The notes beneath the pieces were generated by a model. The model was not told the origin of the DNA. It saw only the letters and a list, made by a program, of their open reading frames with translations, and made no database searches. A stretch of 64,000 nt of DNA, from the NCBI GenBank assembly GCA_964234715.1, contig OZ174276.1. The stretch is one strand, 5' to 3'. How positions within the stretch are numbered: position 1 is the stretch's first letter; each line of letters starts with the position of its first letter. The translations under genes and the position numbers were made by a program. This document shows, one piece after another, positions 22,931-34,619 of this stretch. The stretch is from Podarcis melisellensis (taxonomy: Eukaryota).

Positions 22931-25900
22931 TATACATACACATACACCCACACCCTGATGCACTGAACTCTTCCAGGTACAGAATTTCTTTTTTCTTTTT
23001 TTGCCAATTAATTTTTCTTAGTTTTCAAAAGTTTTAACAAATTTACATCCAGTACAAATTTATTGTTGACTTCCCCAAAAACGCTCAACAACTTTTGTGT
23101 CTGGACTTATAGTTCTTGAAATATAGCAACCCTACTGTTCCCTTCTACCAACTTCTTGCTGCAAAAGTAGTACATACTATAGAAGTAGAGTAAAGCAGGT
23201 GCATAATTTCTGATTCACACACAAAGCTCTACTTCCACAAGAGGGTTTGTATGCATTTCAACAAAGGCAGAGGGTTCTTTTCTGTTAAAATTATCTGGGA
23301 ACTCAGGACTTCTGAAGATGCACAGTGGGACAACAGAGGCTCTGCATAGGACACACATTTGTTACTGACATGAAAAATTAGTGTTACCTGATTAGACATA
23401 AGTGTAGACACACAATTATAGAAACTATCAACTTTGTCAGGCTTTACACCCTCCAGTGCTTCTTTTCTAGTGAAGAGATTGATAACCCTCGGGTACCATG
23501 TGTTTAATAACTTTTCTTCAGTTTTTAAGCAGTTTATAGACACATCATTCTGAAGAGATTCATACTCAATTGGGCCCCTCGACCTATATATTAAGAAGAG
23601 AAGACTGGTCTGGAAAGGGAAGCTGCATTGAAATACAGCTAGTTATGTTGCTTAGCAGAAAAGAATGTGATCAATATACACAATGAAAACTTCATGTTAA
23701 AGAATTAAATACTGAGCCCATATTTTATATATCAAGACTCTTAATCACATCAGTTGCAAAGAAGAAGAAGAAGAAGCCAAGCCTCCAAACCAAAGATAAC
23801 ACAAATAGGACCTTCAAGAAAACATTGCAGTATGACATGCTCCTATTCAGGGTTCCAGTCAGCTGGTGATACCCACTTCCAGGACACTCCATTCCATTCC
23901 CTATTTCCTTTCAGTTTTCTGTCGGTCTCTCAACAGTCAGCATTTTGTGCCTGCTGAGCGTGGTCTGTACTCACAGGGCTGTTTTGGGTTTCCCTCCCAC
24001 TTAGGTTTTCCCCCCTAAATATTTTTGTACTTCTGAAAACCGTGGAGTTTCCCCCAAGACTGCCAATACCTCAGTCTTTTGAATGAGGGGTGCCCCTTTG
24101 ACTATATAAGGATCCAGAGAGAGAATGAGTTTGCCATTAATATATAGAAAAATAATAGTTATAGGATATCGTAAGTGCAGCAACATTTCATTTTGGCTGC
24201 CTTACATGACTAGCATGTAAAGATATTAGACTCCAATCTTAAACTCACTTATTAGGGAGTAAATCTAATGAAATTCAATAGAAATTGTGGTGCTAGTATG
24301 ACACATTAAATATAATTTTTACATAAAATAAACTGCAGTTTAATGCTATGTGAACCTAATTAGAATTACACATACACACCATATTTAGAATATTAATGCA
24401 ACAACATCAACTTTACCTGAAATTTGACACATCTACTACAAGTAACTTCGAAAAGGTTTTATAACCAATATCCAGTAAAATTCTTAGAGTTGGGTGCAGA
24501 ATATGTAGATTTGCAAATATCTGTTTTCTTGCTTGTAGAAAGCTTTTATGCCAGGGTCTGGAAAAGTCTAATCCTCTGAGAGAGGAGGAAATGAATAAAA
24601 TTAAGATATTAAACAGAAGCCCATGCAACAAAGCTTAATCAGAAATGAAGCGGATCATACATATTTTTTGCCTTTAAAATCACCAATGTATGAAGATGGC
24701 TTGGTACCTGAACTCACTTTTCAGGCAAGGGGTTCATCATATACCTCACCCAAGGAGCCAGAATCTAAGTTGCACCATTTCACCAACTGCTTAAGATCCT
24801 TCAATATTCATAAAGTTTCTAGCTAAGAAGACAGAATGCATACTTCTAACATGAGAAGAGAAGGAGAGGCTCCTTGATTAGGCCAGTGGCCCTTCTGGCC
24901 CAGCAACAGAGGTCAACCAGATGCTTATGAGATGCCCACAAGCAAGATCTGTGGTCGACTGTGCTGCGGAGAGCAGCCACAGCCGGCTTTTTGTGCATTG
25001 CTGCCTGCGTGCGCATGGCACACAGCCAATGGCTGGCCAGGCGGCAAGGCACTGCCCCTCCAGCAGGGCCTCTGATTGGCCCATTTAGTTTTGACTTTCT
25101 GGAAGGGAATCCAGCTCAGTACTTCTGCTGGCTGGGTAATTCCCTTAATGGCTGGCAAGCACATGGGCTTCTGCCGCTGGCGGTGGTGGATGGGGCAAAG
25201 GTCCGCAACCACCACCCACCTGGGAAGGGTGAGTGGCCATTCTCTCCCCCCTGTGGTTTCCAGTAACTGGTATTCAGAAGCATACTGCCTCTCTGTGGTT
25301 TCAAAAGTTGAAATTCCAATAATCACAATCATTTAATTCAAATGCTATAATTAAGGGGGATGGGGGGGACTATTGCAGCACATTAAATGTTTCAGATCAT
25401 TTAAAGAAAGTGCTGTGTTTCCCAATAAAAAATAAAATGTTTCCAGTTTTTAAAAAAGAGGTTTCAGTTTGTGGTAATCCATCACAATGGAGTACTCAAC
25501 TCCAAGCCACAGCATTGCTCATTTAAATATCTGCCAGGTCATAGCAGAGGCAACCTTTCCTTAGCTTTTCCTGCATAGGACCCATTTAAATGAGTGAGAG
25601 TATTATAACATCATGTTTTTGCACATGTTGCATTCATTTCAGCAGACACATGAAAAAGTATGCTCTCTTTGGTGATGTTATAGGCCTAAGGCATACTTTA
25701 GTTCTTGCACATGGCATCCACAAATTTAATCACAAAAGATGGGATTAAAGCTGCAGCCAGTGTCACACCCTCACAACCTGCTCACACCTCCTGCTGTAAC
25801 TAATTTCATGTTCACAGTCTTAATCCATTTTAAAGGTATAACTACCATCTCCATATAAGGACATGGAAACTCAATTTTCAAGAGATTATATTTTCAACCC

Positions 25901-28900
25901 CTAGCCTCATATTCTAGTGATCTTTTTGCTGCTCCAACTGCATATGCTCACTCAAATGGAATAATGATGTGGAACGTCTATGAAATTATGTTTGAAAAAT
26001 CTGCCCTTTGTTTTCAAATGACCATAATTTGTCATTATGTCTGAACTGGGACAAATTGTAGTTAATTTTAAATATGGCTGAAACCATGGTTTACAATCAT
26101 AGATTGTTCAGATCAATCATAGTTAAAACTAATTGCAATTCCCGGTTTGGACATAATGACAAACTTGGTTAGCAAAAAACAGGAAAAAATATGCTTTCAA
26201 ACTCTTCCTTATATTTGCACTAAAGCAGGGGAAGCAAGAGTAAGAGTAAGAGTAGGCCCATGTCTCTAACAAAAAACTATGATTTAGGATTATGTGTAAA
26301 GCAGCTCATAGTGAATTCCCATCTCAATATTAGCCACCAGCAAACTACAGATGTGAGTAGGGTGCCTTGTACTGGATATACATTCAAGTGGTGGGTTGAT
26401 TAGACCCTAAAGCATTCATTAATTTAATTTACTCACACAGGTTCAACCGGCAAAGGTTCCTCTTTCTCATATTCAAGCAATTTTACGTTTGGTTTGACAA
26501 GAACACTTCGCACTGTAACATATGTATAAATTGTAACATTTATACAAGTGAAGGGAGTAACAATATTATAAATTAGGAAACATTACTTTAAAGAATGCTA
26601 CCTCATTTTTTTTTATTTCCTACTAAGCAAATTAACAGGACTGTTACATTTTTTAATGTGTTCCCTCAGGTACTACGGGAAAACAGCTTATGCATTTTAT
26701 TTTAGCACATTTGTTAAGTAAACAGAGATTTGGTTTTTAAAAAAAACATATTGACATGTGTCAAATATGGTAGCAGATGTTGGTTTCTGTGTGTTGCCAC
26801 TGTGCAGTGCTCTTGGAATCACAAGACTCAGTTTTGCATTCCAGAGACATTCCAGACTGTTGGAAGTCTCACGGAAGACAGGAGACAGATGTGATGTTAC
26901 TGGTTTCCTGTTCCTTTGTTGTTCAGTTGCTCTCTGCTCTCACAGAGAGGGGATGTTTCTTTTCTGTCTGCGTAGCGAGAAATAAAACTCTTTAGCTATG
27001 TATCTCATACTATCTCGTCCTTCCCTGTGCTGGATACTCTGCATAATGGGGGAACGTGCTTGGAGCCTTATCAAAGGCTCAGGTCGTCAATCATCGTTGG
27101 AGGAATAGACCGGAGGAGTCGCTCGGTCGAACGCAAGTCCAACAGCAGTGTGGAGACTATGAAATCCCAAGCTCAAGTCTTGCCTTAACTATGAACTCAC
27201 TTGTTCCCTGTTCCCAATAGGGGTCATCCAAATACCCCTGGAAAACCCACAAGCAGGTAAACCACCATCTCTTAGCCTCAGCCCCCACCTACAATATAGG
27301 GATGGTGATAATAATGGCAGTGGTGTAGTATAGGTAACTTGCACCTTAGAATCACTAAGTCATAGAATCGTACTGTTGGAAGGGACCATGAGGATCATCT
27401 AGTCCAACCCCTCCAATGTAGGAATCTTTTGCCCAATGTGGGGCTCAAACCCATGACCCTGAGATGAAGAGTCTCATGCTCTACCAACTGAGCTATCTTA
27501 CGTGATCACAGCTTTGCGCAGGTAGGAGGAGTGGGGAATAAATAAATTAAGAGTGGAAGAAACCCACTCTCCATTTATTTATTCTCAAACCAACTCATGC
27601 AGAGCTGCGATCAAAGGCTTCCCCGGCTTTGGGAAGGGGTGAGTGAGTGCTGTGGGATGCTGTCGGAGCACTAATTCTTCCTTGCTAAAGCTGGGTAAGG
27701 CAGGCACCAGGCTTTGGGAAGGAAGTGTGAGGGCTCTGGCAGTGCCCTAGAGTTCTGATGGCTTCTCCCCAGAGCCTGGCACCCTGCTTACCAGGGTTGG
27801 TGAACTGAGTGGGGACATGGCTCTAGAACACTGCCAGAACCCTCATACCTCCTTCCCAAAGCCAGGTAAGCAGCCCGGGGGGTGCTTCCTGACTTTACAC
27901 ATTTTTGCGTTTACGTGTGGATCCCCAGAACCAAACACTTGCTTAAGATGCAAGTTATTTAGAATGCTGGACTATGAACTTCCCTGGGTAGCCATGGACT
28001 CACTATCTCTCAGACTAAAATACTTCTCAGGATCATTGTAAGATGGGAATGAGAACTATGTGTGCTGCCTTGGGAAGGCAGGATATAAAAGTAAATAAAT
28101 AAATAAATGACTACAGTTGTTGACAGCACTACAGTGGTACCTCCCATTGCGGACAGGATCCATTCCGGAGCTCCGGCTGGATCCCGAGGTTTCTGCAATC
28201 GGAGGGACCGCTTCTGTGCATGCATGTGCGGTGGCAGACCACTTCTGCGCATGTGCGCGGTGCAGTAGAGTGCTTCTGAGCATGCGCGTGCGACGAAACA
28301 CTTCCAGGTTTACCGCTTTCGCAACCCAAAGTTTATGTTACCCGACGGTAACGTAAGCAGAGGTGCTACTGTACTGAGGTGATGTATGTGATGTGCTATG
28401 CAAATACCAACAATTATTACGAACAAAAATAAAAGCATGCTTTGAAGAAAATTAGAATGCAGAAAACGTGATAAAGACAAAAATTAATGTAGTTTTTGGT
28501 ACCTCTTTTGTCAAGATTTTATGTAGCTGAAACTATTATTGTTTGATTTACATTACTGCTCCTCTAAAATAAAATACCAGCTATAAAATATGTTTTATGT
28601 TCTACAAAAGCATTTGTAGGTATTATATGGGGAAAATAACTTGCTAAGGGATCTTTTGCAGTATCAACATAAACATAAGGTGGAATATAACTTGTATAGT
28701 CATGAGACAATATTGCTAGTGGAACTCACCCATGTATCTCTTCATGCTCATTTCATAATCATTTGTTATCTCAGCTAAGAGCTCTTCCACCAATTTCATT
28801 CTGCCCTTGCCTTCCATTAGATTATTAGGTACCAAAGTGAGCATGGACTCTAACCACTCTTGCTGAATAGGCACCACTGGATTACTTTCAACACAATTCT

Positions 28901-31900
28901 TCAAAAAGAGATAGTTGTTCTGAAATGACATGACAATGGCAATGAAATGACAATGAAATGATCATGAACACAATTTGGTTGACACAACCAGATCAGTTAT
29001 TAAGAAAATTAGGCAACTTTCTTTCAGTTAAATGCAAAAAAGTATTAGCAAAAAAATAAACGTTGCTGGACTATATAATCTAACACCTAGAATACAAAAC
29101 AGCATAAATTATATTGGTTTAGCTCAGCACACAGTGCATGAGTAAAGAATACCAGGGAGGGGAAAAGCAGCTCACTTGTTCACATGGTCCCAGTAAACCA
29201 TAGTTTGGCTTACTGTGACCTGCAAACCAGGCCTATGTTACTTCTCCATATAGAGATCAGCAAATAGATATTGGACATATTTACATAATTTCTAATTCCT
29301 TATGTACACACTCTTTAGAAAGCATTTTACTATCAGAATCTTGCAACAAGTTAAAAAAACAACACTTACTCTTATTTGTTTCTGCTCACTGTTCATCTGT
29401 GGGGGAAATGCAACAAAAATATGTTATATAAATTAAGAAATAATCACAAAATAGAACAAGAAATCATTTGTTTGCAGTGGCACCCAGTGGGGGTAGGCAT
29501 GTTTTTACTGATAACTGCTGGGGGAGGTCATTTCATTCAGCACCATGCTACTGAGCACTTCTTGGCTGGTTGGTAGATACAATACACGTAAGTGTTGCTG
29601 ATGTCAATAGGGGCTGAGAATCATCAGCAACTGCAAGCTTCTCTGGCACTGACTGAAACACCATTTGCCTCCAATACACCCTATCGATGGCTACGCATGA
29701 GTTTTTGAAAGCTAAATGTTATTCTTGAAACACATATGCCCGTGAACACTTCTGATAATTAAAATATTCATAATGGCCAAAGTATATGCATGGGTTTTTC
29801 TAGGATTTTGCTTTATATAAACTTTTGTACCAGTTCAAGACACAACTTCCTACTAAGACAGGAAGCAATAAAGAACGCTGATCTCTCACTCAAGGCAGGA
29901 AAGTGAGCCAACTACTTTCCTATGAAACACTTCCTTGCCTCTAAACTCCCTGTTTCACACTATCTTAAGTTTACAATAGTGTAGCTCATTCAGCTAGTAC
30001 AGTTCTGCAAAGAGATGGGGCAGAGTTCAACATGCATGCATGAAATGAGGTCTGATCATGCAACGAGACTTTGCCCCTTTTCCTCCCCATGCCTCCCTTG
30101 AAACCTGTTTGGTGGGTTCCTAAAGCATCCAAAGCAGATTTAGGGGGTTCAAAGGGCATATAGGAAGCAGAGGGTGGGGGAGCCCTGTTGTATGAGTGGA
30201 CCTAATTCCATGAACTTAATTGAATCGTACTCAGGGATCCAAATAAATTTACTAGGCTGAGAAAAATGGAAAGGGCAAGAGAAGCAGATTTGCAGAGATC
30301 TATCCTAAAAGAGGGGGCCAGTTAGGGTCCTGAAATTACTACAAATCTAACCTGTAGTAACTTTGTTACTCATTATTATGAGAAAGCGAAGGGAAGAATT
30401 TAGGATCAAAACCATCTCTAGCAATCAAATGCAATTCCATAAACAGGACACTAGTCCACTTGCACAATGGACACAAACACAAGAGGCCAGGAATACGTAC
30501 CAAAAAGTGCAATACACACAGAGACAACTAGTACTGAGTATAGATGCACAATCCTTCTATCAAAACACAGCATTAGCAGTGAGGCCATTAGAAAATGGCA
30601 CTGTTTTTGCAAGTATGAATCCATTATATTTTTGCTTGAGTCTCTAGATCCCTCTTTGGCTTAAGCAGAATCTTCTGCTTAATTTTCTGGAGGTGACAGG
30701 AATTTTGAACTTAACCATGGACGTAGCTATGGTTTTTTGGGGGGGGCGGTAACCAGGATTTATGGGGGGGGGCAGGACACCCATCTGTTATCATCCTCTG
30801 TCTGGCTCCATCTATCAGATTCAGAATGAAATGTCTCAAACACGGTTGTTTTAAATTACTTCCTTTTGATCGCAAGAGCTCAGAAAAATCTGTCAAAATC
30901 TTTCTTGAGTTTCTACTTTTAGTTAAATATTTTTATTTATTTACTTGATTTAAGGGGGGCTATGCCCATGAACATAATCTAATTACTCTGAACAGTGGCT
31001 GAGGCAATGTGTGCTTTGCGTGTAACTCTGTCCTCCTCCCAAAGATGCAACATGAGCGTAGGTCTTAGATATACCAAAAATCTTTGTGGATTATGTGTTT
31101 GATGAAACTTTACTACAGAATTCAGGTTCCATGCAGCTGCATGGGAACAACCAGGTAACATGCATTAGCATGCTACTAACTCACAGTAAATCATGATAAA
31201 CCAGAAAATCTGGCTGGTTATTATGAGGGAAAACAGCTTTTAGAACCAACTCCTTGGCAAGGTTCTTAATGCAGGCCTGCAATAGGGATTTTCCAAGACA
31301 AAGGAAGGGGCGAGGCTGGGTTGAGTTCAAGAGGACAGTAAGTCATTAATGCACTGTGCCTGCCCACCACACATATTGTGTTGCAATAATCTAACAACAA
31401 CAACAGAACCCAAAGAAATTATTCAATAAATGAGAAACGTACAGTTAAAGGCAATTGTGGAATAGGAGACGGGGCTTCTCTTCTAACAAATTCATCTGTG
31501 GCGTCTTCATACTCTCTTTGGGTTTCTTTAACTCTGAAGTAAAATTTTCAGTTAAATCTGCAAACTGTAAACAATGATTCGAACAGAAATACAAGATACA
31601 GCAAAAGAAATGGTCCCTTAGTCTTTTGTCTCTCCCCTTCCACAATTATTCCATCAGCATATAGGCACTCAGCAATAATCAAACGAAATTATGTAAAGGT
31701 GGGCCAGGTTAGATAGTAATTCATTATGTTGTCCATATTTTCTCAGTGTATCTTTGTAGAACTTACTTTCAAGTAAGATCCTAATCCAATAAAGTTAATG
31801 ATTCATACAACAATCAGACAACAGAAGGCAATAGCCCAGTATTCTAAATTCCCTGGAGTGCCTCTGGTGTCTGTTTACTACCCTAAATTGAAACGTTTGA

Positions 31901-34360
31901 AACATACATTTGACTGTAACAAAATGTATGTGTACATCATTTTGTAGTAGTGAGCCTGCTACGGAAGTATACTCACCGGACTTGTAACACACACGTATCC
32001 ATCTTCCCCAGGACCAGGAAAATCTTTATTTACTGGAGTAGAATCTGAATTTACACAATGCTGATTGGCTAAATCTTGTGTCCCATAGTACAGTAGGCCA
32101 CTACTTTAAACAGCTTGATTACTATATTTTTATTAATGTTATTTTAAAAAGAAATAACCTATTATATCTGCAGTGGGCTGTGGCTAATTAAACAACCTAT
32201 GACCTTTTAATCTGGGAGGGGGGTATTGTTAGTATATTATGTATTTTTGAGGTTTTTATACTGTAAACTGCCCTGTGATCCTTGGATGAAGGGTGGTATA
32301 CTTACTTACTAAATAACAAACAAACAAATCACCAGAATAAGAAATATCAAACTACAAAGTAGTAAAATGATACTTGTTTTCCCTGAGGTTTGGGGGAGGT
32401 GTGCATTCCTGAAGGACACTCCATAAAGCTGACACCACTACTAAAAATGCCATGCTTCTATTGTATAACAACTGCACTTCAGTTATTGGTAGCACATGAA
32501 GAAGGCATTCAGATGTTGAACCAAATGCATGAGGAACGCATGCCTGGGGAAGGTGCTACAGATATGCTCAACTGGCTTGAAGGCAATACCAAGCTGTAAC
32601 ACTCCAGCTTACACATCTGCTATCATCTCTCAATCTACTCTACCTCCTGAGCAAAAATTCCGAGAGCTGGTGGTGAATTTTCAATCTTGGAAGAGACAGC
32701 TACCAAGTAACTCCCCAGTCACTGATTTCAAAATATCAGTTTAAGAAGCTTTACTGAGGTTAAAGATGGAGAAATAAGGAACAAGGGGGAAGTTAACAAA
32801 GAATAAAACTAAACAAAGGGTCTATTCTCTAAATAACCTACACTAGAAAGTTTTAAATTAGAATCCTTATATTGTAAAGAAGAAAGATCACTCTTGATGT
32901 TCAACAGACAACAAATTTTCACAAGTCCTAATCTTATATGGAATCAGGGGGAGGGTTTTTTCCAGGGCAAGGTGGATCATCTAATCCATGGGTAGGCAAA
33001 CTATGCCCAGGGGCAGGATCTGGCCCAATCGCCTTCTAAATCCGGCCTGCAGATAGTCTGGGAATCAGTGTGCTTTTACATGAGTAGAATGTGTCCTTTT
33101 ATTTAAAATGCATCTCTGGGTTATTTGTGGGGCATAGGTACTTGTTCATTCCCCCCCCCAAAAAAATATCGTCTGACCCCCAAGGTCTGAGGGACAGTAG
33201 ACCGGCCCCCTGCTGAAAATGTTTGCTGACCCCATCAGATATGGCAATAATGGCTTGGCACAGCATGCAGAGTGAATTACAGTAGTCCAATCTGAAAGTG
33301 ATCTAAGCACAAATGATTTGAAGACACCATACTAGCATTATGAAGTGTGGGTTGATAACTGTTGTACCGGTAACAAGGTGAAGCTGCTCCAAGCAGCATA
33401 ACTGGCTGGTTGGTAACGCTGCCAACTGATCAGGAAATAAAAATTGTCCTGGTCTGTTCTTTTGCTTTTATCATTAAATAAAGTTGCTTGCTTTATTTAC
33501 ATGTTATTGTGTTTGATAGTATAGTTATCACAATGTCTTTTTTTAATGTGTTTGTGATTATTGCGAGCCGCTTTGAGCACAACATTTGTTGTTGGAAAAG
33601 CGGGATAGAAATATTAAATTGAATCAGGATGTACAAAAATCAGCAAGTAAAGCTTTTCACAATGTGGATATACACATTTTCAACTGCCAATGTCTGCATA
33701 GCTAGCAGCAGTTAGAAGCCCAGCACCAGTGGCTGGTTGAAATGTTAGCATCCTCCTGGCAGCAGAGTAGTTCAAGGCATGGATGGGAGCCATCCTCATG
33801 GCATAGAACTTTCCACTTGACAAAAGATACAGTGAGTGATGTGAGAACTCTTGTCCTTTCATAATAGCTCTGTTCAGGTACTATACCCATGTGTAAAAAC
33901 CAACACACAAGAGGGGAACAGGGTCACAAGCAGTAGCACTGAGTAACTCCTCCCCTCGATGTCCATGTATACAGCACAAACTTTTGCATGAAAGGGGCCT
34001 TCACACTTACAACTCTATGCGCTAAGGCCATCTCTCTGCAGATACCCACGCTGTATAATCTGATGCTGAGGGAGGGACTGCTTGTCACTGGAGGTGAGTG
34101 TGGAGATACTCAGTATGGCCCTGCTTATGTCTTAGACTGAGAACACCTCATATAATACGTAAGAAAAAGAGACAGGAATATTACATGATCTGATTAAGCA
34201 TCTTCTGCTGTTCCTTGACTCTTCGGTATCGCATTAGCTTTTTTTGTTTTTCTGTCAAACCCTGGGATGTGGAGGGCAAAGCTATAGGTGGCAGCTGAAC
34301 ATTCCACGCGTCGTCGTCGTCATCATCGGGGGAGCATGAAGATTTTCCTGGAGCTGACAT
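149..34360 (-). CDS. DNAH12: Dynein axonemal heavy chain 12, 5' portion (23 coding exons, ~1210 aa, continues beyond left edge)
   Basis: Exons join in frame at GT-AG sites (3631 nt in total). Peptides such as [34 protein letters not shown] and [15 protein letters not shown] are axonemal dynein tail/linker motifs. The N-terminus and the PDE12/ARF4 neighbourhood point to DNAH12 rather than DNAH3 or DNAH7. Confidence 0.93.
1227..1346 (-). CDS. DNAH12: DNAH12 exon ([40 protein letters not shown])
   Basis: Manual translation; splice sites. Confidence 0.92.
1548..1781. mobile_element. Tc1/mariner-type MITE
   Basis: TA-flanked TIR CAGTGGTACCTC / GAGGTACCACTG. Confidence 0.85.
2200..2410. mobile_element. 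Tc1/mariner-type MITE
   Basis: TA-CAGT...ACTG-TA ends. Confidence 0.7.
2760..3042 (-). CDS. DNAH12: DNAH12 exon ([33 protein letters not shown]...SRL)
   Basis: ORF track peptide; splice sites. Confidence 0.93.
3163..3284 (-). CDS. DNAH12: DNAH12 exon ([40 protein letters not shown])
   Basis: Manual translation; splice sites. Confidence 0.92.
4038..4232 (-). CDS. DNAH12: DNAH12 exon ([30 protein letters not shown]...KDPK)
   Basis: ORF track peptide; splice sites. Confidence 0.93.
4332..4560. mobile_element. Tc1/mariner-type MITE, partial
   Basis: CAGTGGTACCT end; similar to the 21547 copy. Confidence 0.65.
5042..5242 (-). CDS. DNAH12: DNAH12 exon ([11 protein letters not shown]...[18 protein letters not shown])
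   Basis: ORF track peptide; splice sites. Confidence 0.92.
5907..6092 (-). CDS. DNAH12: DNAH12 exon ([19 protein letters not shown]...GASK)
   Basis: ORF track peptide; splice sites. Confidence 0.92.
6510..6753 (-). CDS. DNAH12: DNAH12 exon ([15 protein letters not shown]...VKDFK)
   Basis: ORF track peptide; splice sites. Confidence 0.9.
7017..7210 (-). CDS. DNAH12: DNAH12 exon ([13 protein letters not shown]...EPYQKLF...RTEK)
   Basis: ORF track peptide; splice sites. Confidence 0.9.
8346..8480 (-). CDS. DNAH12: DNAH12 exon ([24 protein letters not shown]...RMQQ)
   Basis: ORF track peptide; splice sites. Confidence 0.9.
8724..8849 (-). CDS. DNAH12: DNAH12 exon ([13 protein letters not shown]...[14 protein letters not shown])
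   Basis: Manual translation; splice sites. Confidence 0.9.
9848..9983 (-). CDS. DNAH12: DNAH12 exon ([23 protein letters not shown]...ERIK)
   Basis: Manual translation; splice sites. Confidence 0.9.
11582..11935 (+). pseudogene. L1 ORF1p C-terminal fragment
   Basis: RDKIL...IEIYKDIP...[16 protein letters not shown] resembles the RRM end and C-terminal domain of L1 ORF1p; truncated at the TSD. Confidence 0.8.
11945..13727 (+). mobile_element. Nested ~1.8-kb non-autonomous retroelement (L1-dependent, HAL1-like architecture)
   Basis: 17-bp TSD AAAAATAACCAGATTTA (11928-11944 and 13728-13744); 5' GACTTCCGG...AAATGGCGG CpG-rich leader; AATAAA at 13707 then A-tail. Confidence 0.85.
12718..13317 (+). 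CDS. 199-aa ORF of unknown function inside the nested element
   Basis: Uninterrupted ORF with strong Kozak (acaATGG) between a leader and a 3' tail; no domain recognised. Confidence 0.55.
   Translation: MVAEEMAAEERLQAEINRMFYLVGILQEQSLNMSKQLMTLDPGTSNSAECTKDMTGKESATEIEMTSQEFEEREQGDEKDQSENINKKPTMTERKAKDSWIIWITTLQKMLRRKEGAPIAFGIQELQGHKKHDWGLPADYERLVDFWQHLFLSIHVGRKTGVMEDGLFRDLMTDTRDFQQNRRRGTESDLKASDVRNPG
13751..17491 (+). pseudogene. L1 ORF2p (APE endonuclease, reverse transcriptase, CCHC), 1246 codons with one in-frame TAG at 16742-16744
   Basis: SWNING, LQETH, GDMN, RIDQIW and SDHN; QGCPISP and FADD; CWKC-x8-H-x4-C. The two ORF-track pieces are in the same frame. Confidence 0.95.
18166..18344 (-). 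CDS. DNAH12: DNAH12 exon ([16 protein letters not shown]...[13 protein letters not shown]...ENK)
   Basis: ORF track peptide; splice sites. Confidence 0.9.
19180..19635 (+). mobile_element. L2-clade LINE 3' fragment
   Basis: [11 protein letters not shown]...RTLRS...RAF...PALWNALP; (TAT)n tail. Confidence 0.8.
20099..20190 (-). CDS. DNAH12: DNAH12 exon ([30 protein letters not shown])
   Basis: Manual translation; follows a 97-nt intron. Confidence 0.88.
20288..20444 (-). CDS. DNAH12: DNAH12 exon ([12 protein letters not shown]...DTELPEHV...LDYY)
   Basis: Manual translation; cag| and |GTAAGT. Confidence 0.88.
21547..21791. mobile_element. Tc1/mariner-type MITE
   Basis: TIR CAGTGGTACCTCGGTTTTC; TA TSD. 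Confidence 0.85.
22137..22325 (-). CDS. DNAH12: DNAH12 exon ([17 protein letters not shown]...SQTLQ)
   Basis: ORF track peptide; splice sites. Confidence 0.9.
23388..23583 (-). CDS. DNAH12: DNAH12 exon ([13 protein letters not shown]...[10 protein letters not shown]...LMSNQ)
   Basis: ORF track peptide; splice sites. Confidence 0.9.
24417..24575 (-). CDS. DNAH12: DNAH12 exon ([29 protein letters not shown]...)
   Basis: ORF track peptide; phase-consistent splice sites. Confidence 0.9.
26437..26512 (-). CDS. DNAH12: DNAH12 exon ([25 protein letters not shown])
   Basis: Manual translation; tacag| and |GTGAGT. Confidence 0.85.
26778..27144 (+). mobile_element. Solo LTR (367 bp)
   Basis: TGTTGG...CCAACA termini, flanks GCAGA/GCAGT, internal AATAAA near 26980. 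Confidence 0.7.
27360..27497 (-). mobile_element. tRNA-derived SINE with CR1-like tail (other copies ~6185-6320 and ~5489-5745)
   Basis: Reverse complement begins ATAGCTCAGTTGGTAGAGCATGAGACTCT and ends GGTCCCTTCCAAC...GATTCTATG. Confidence 0.8.
28132..28371. mobile_element. Tc1/mariner-type MITE (same subfamily as 55104-55281, opposite orientation)
   Basis: TA-CAGT TIRs; shared internal sequence. Confidence 0.8.
28730..28919 (-). CDS. DNAH12: DNAH12 exon ([23 protein letters not shown]...MKRYM)
   Basis: ORF track peptide; AG/GT boundaries. Confidence 0.9.
29370..29396 (-). CDS. DNAH12: DNAH12 27-nt microexon (MNSEQKQIR)
   Basis: cccacag| acceptor, |GTAAGT donor, phase 0-0; aligns to recalled human MTSEMKKKG. 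Confidence 0.75.
31443..31533 (-). CDS. DNAH12: DNAH12 coding exon 2 ([30 protein letters not shown])
   Basis: ttcag| acceptor, |GTACGT donor; 91 nt restores the frame between its neighbours; divergent in sequence. Confidence 0.65.
34185..34360 (-). CDS. DNAH12: DNAH12 coding exon 1 ([25 protein letters not shown]...[18 protein letters not shown])
   Basis: tttag|ATG acceptor, AT|GTAATA donor; resembles the recalled human N-terminus (LPPI...KLLKYRRSKEQQQKINQ). Confidence 0.85.
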
Positions 34361-34619
34361 CTAAAATAACAAGGAAATAATGCTCATATGATTAAACTGC
34401 ACTTGAATTTGAGCATCCAATTATGATGATGGCTCTAAGAGCACCTACAGTTTATGTACCTGTTCCTCTGCACCTCTGGAATGCAACTGTATCCAGAACT
34501 GCCAACCTCCCCAACTCCTGGGAACTACCTACCCACAGGACCCTATCTTTTCTGGATTCCATTTTAATTTATCCAGCACCCACTCCACACCCCGCATCCA
34601 AGCACTGGTCCAACAGCTG

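Noticed and set aside
27440-27497. tRNA gene
   Set aside because: tRNA-like head of a multi-copy SINE with a CR1-like tail, not a complete cloverleaf.
149-34360. DNAH7 or DNAH3 as the dynein identity
   Set aside because: The short N-terminus, peptide match and PDE12/ARF4 adjacency fit DNAH12.
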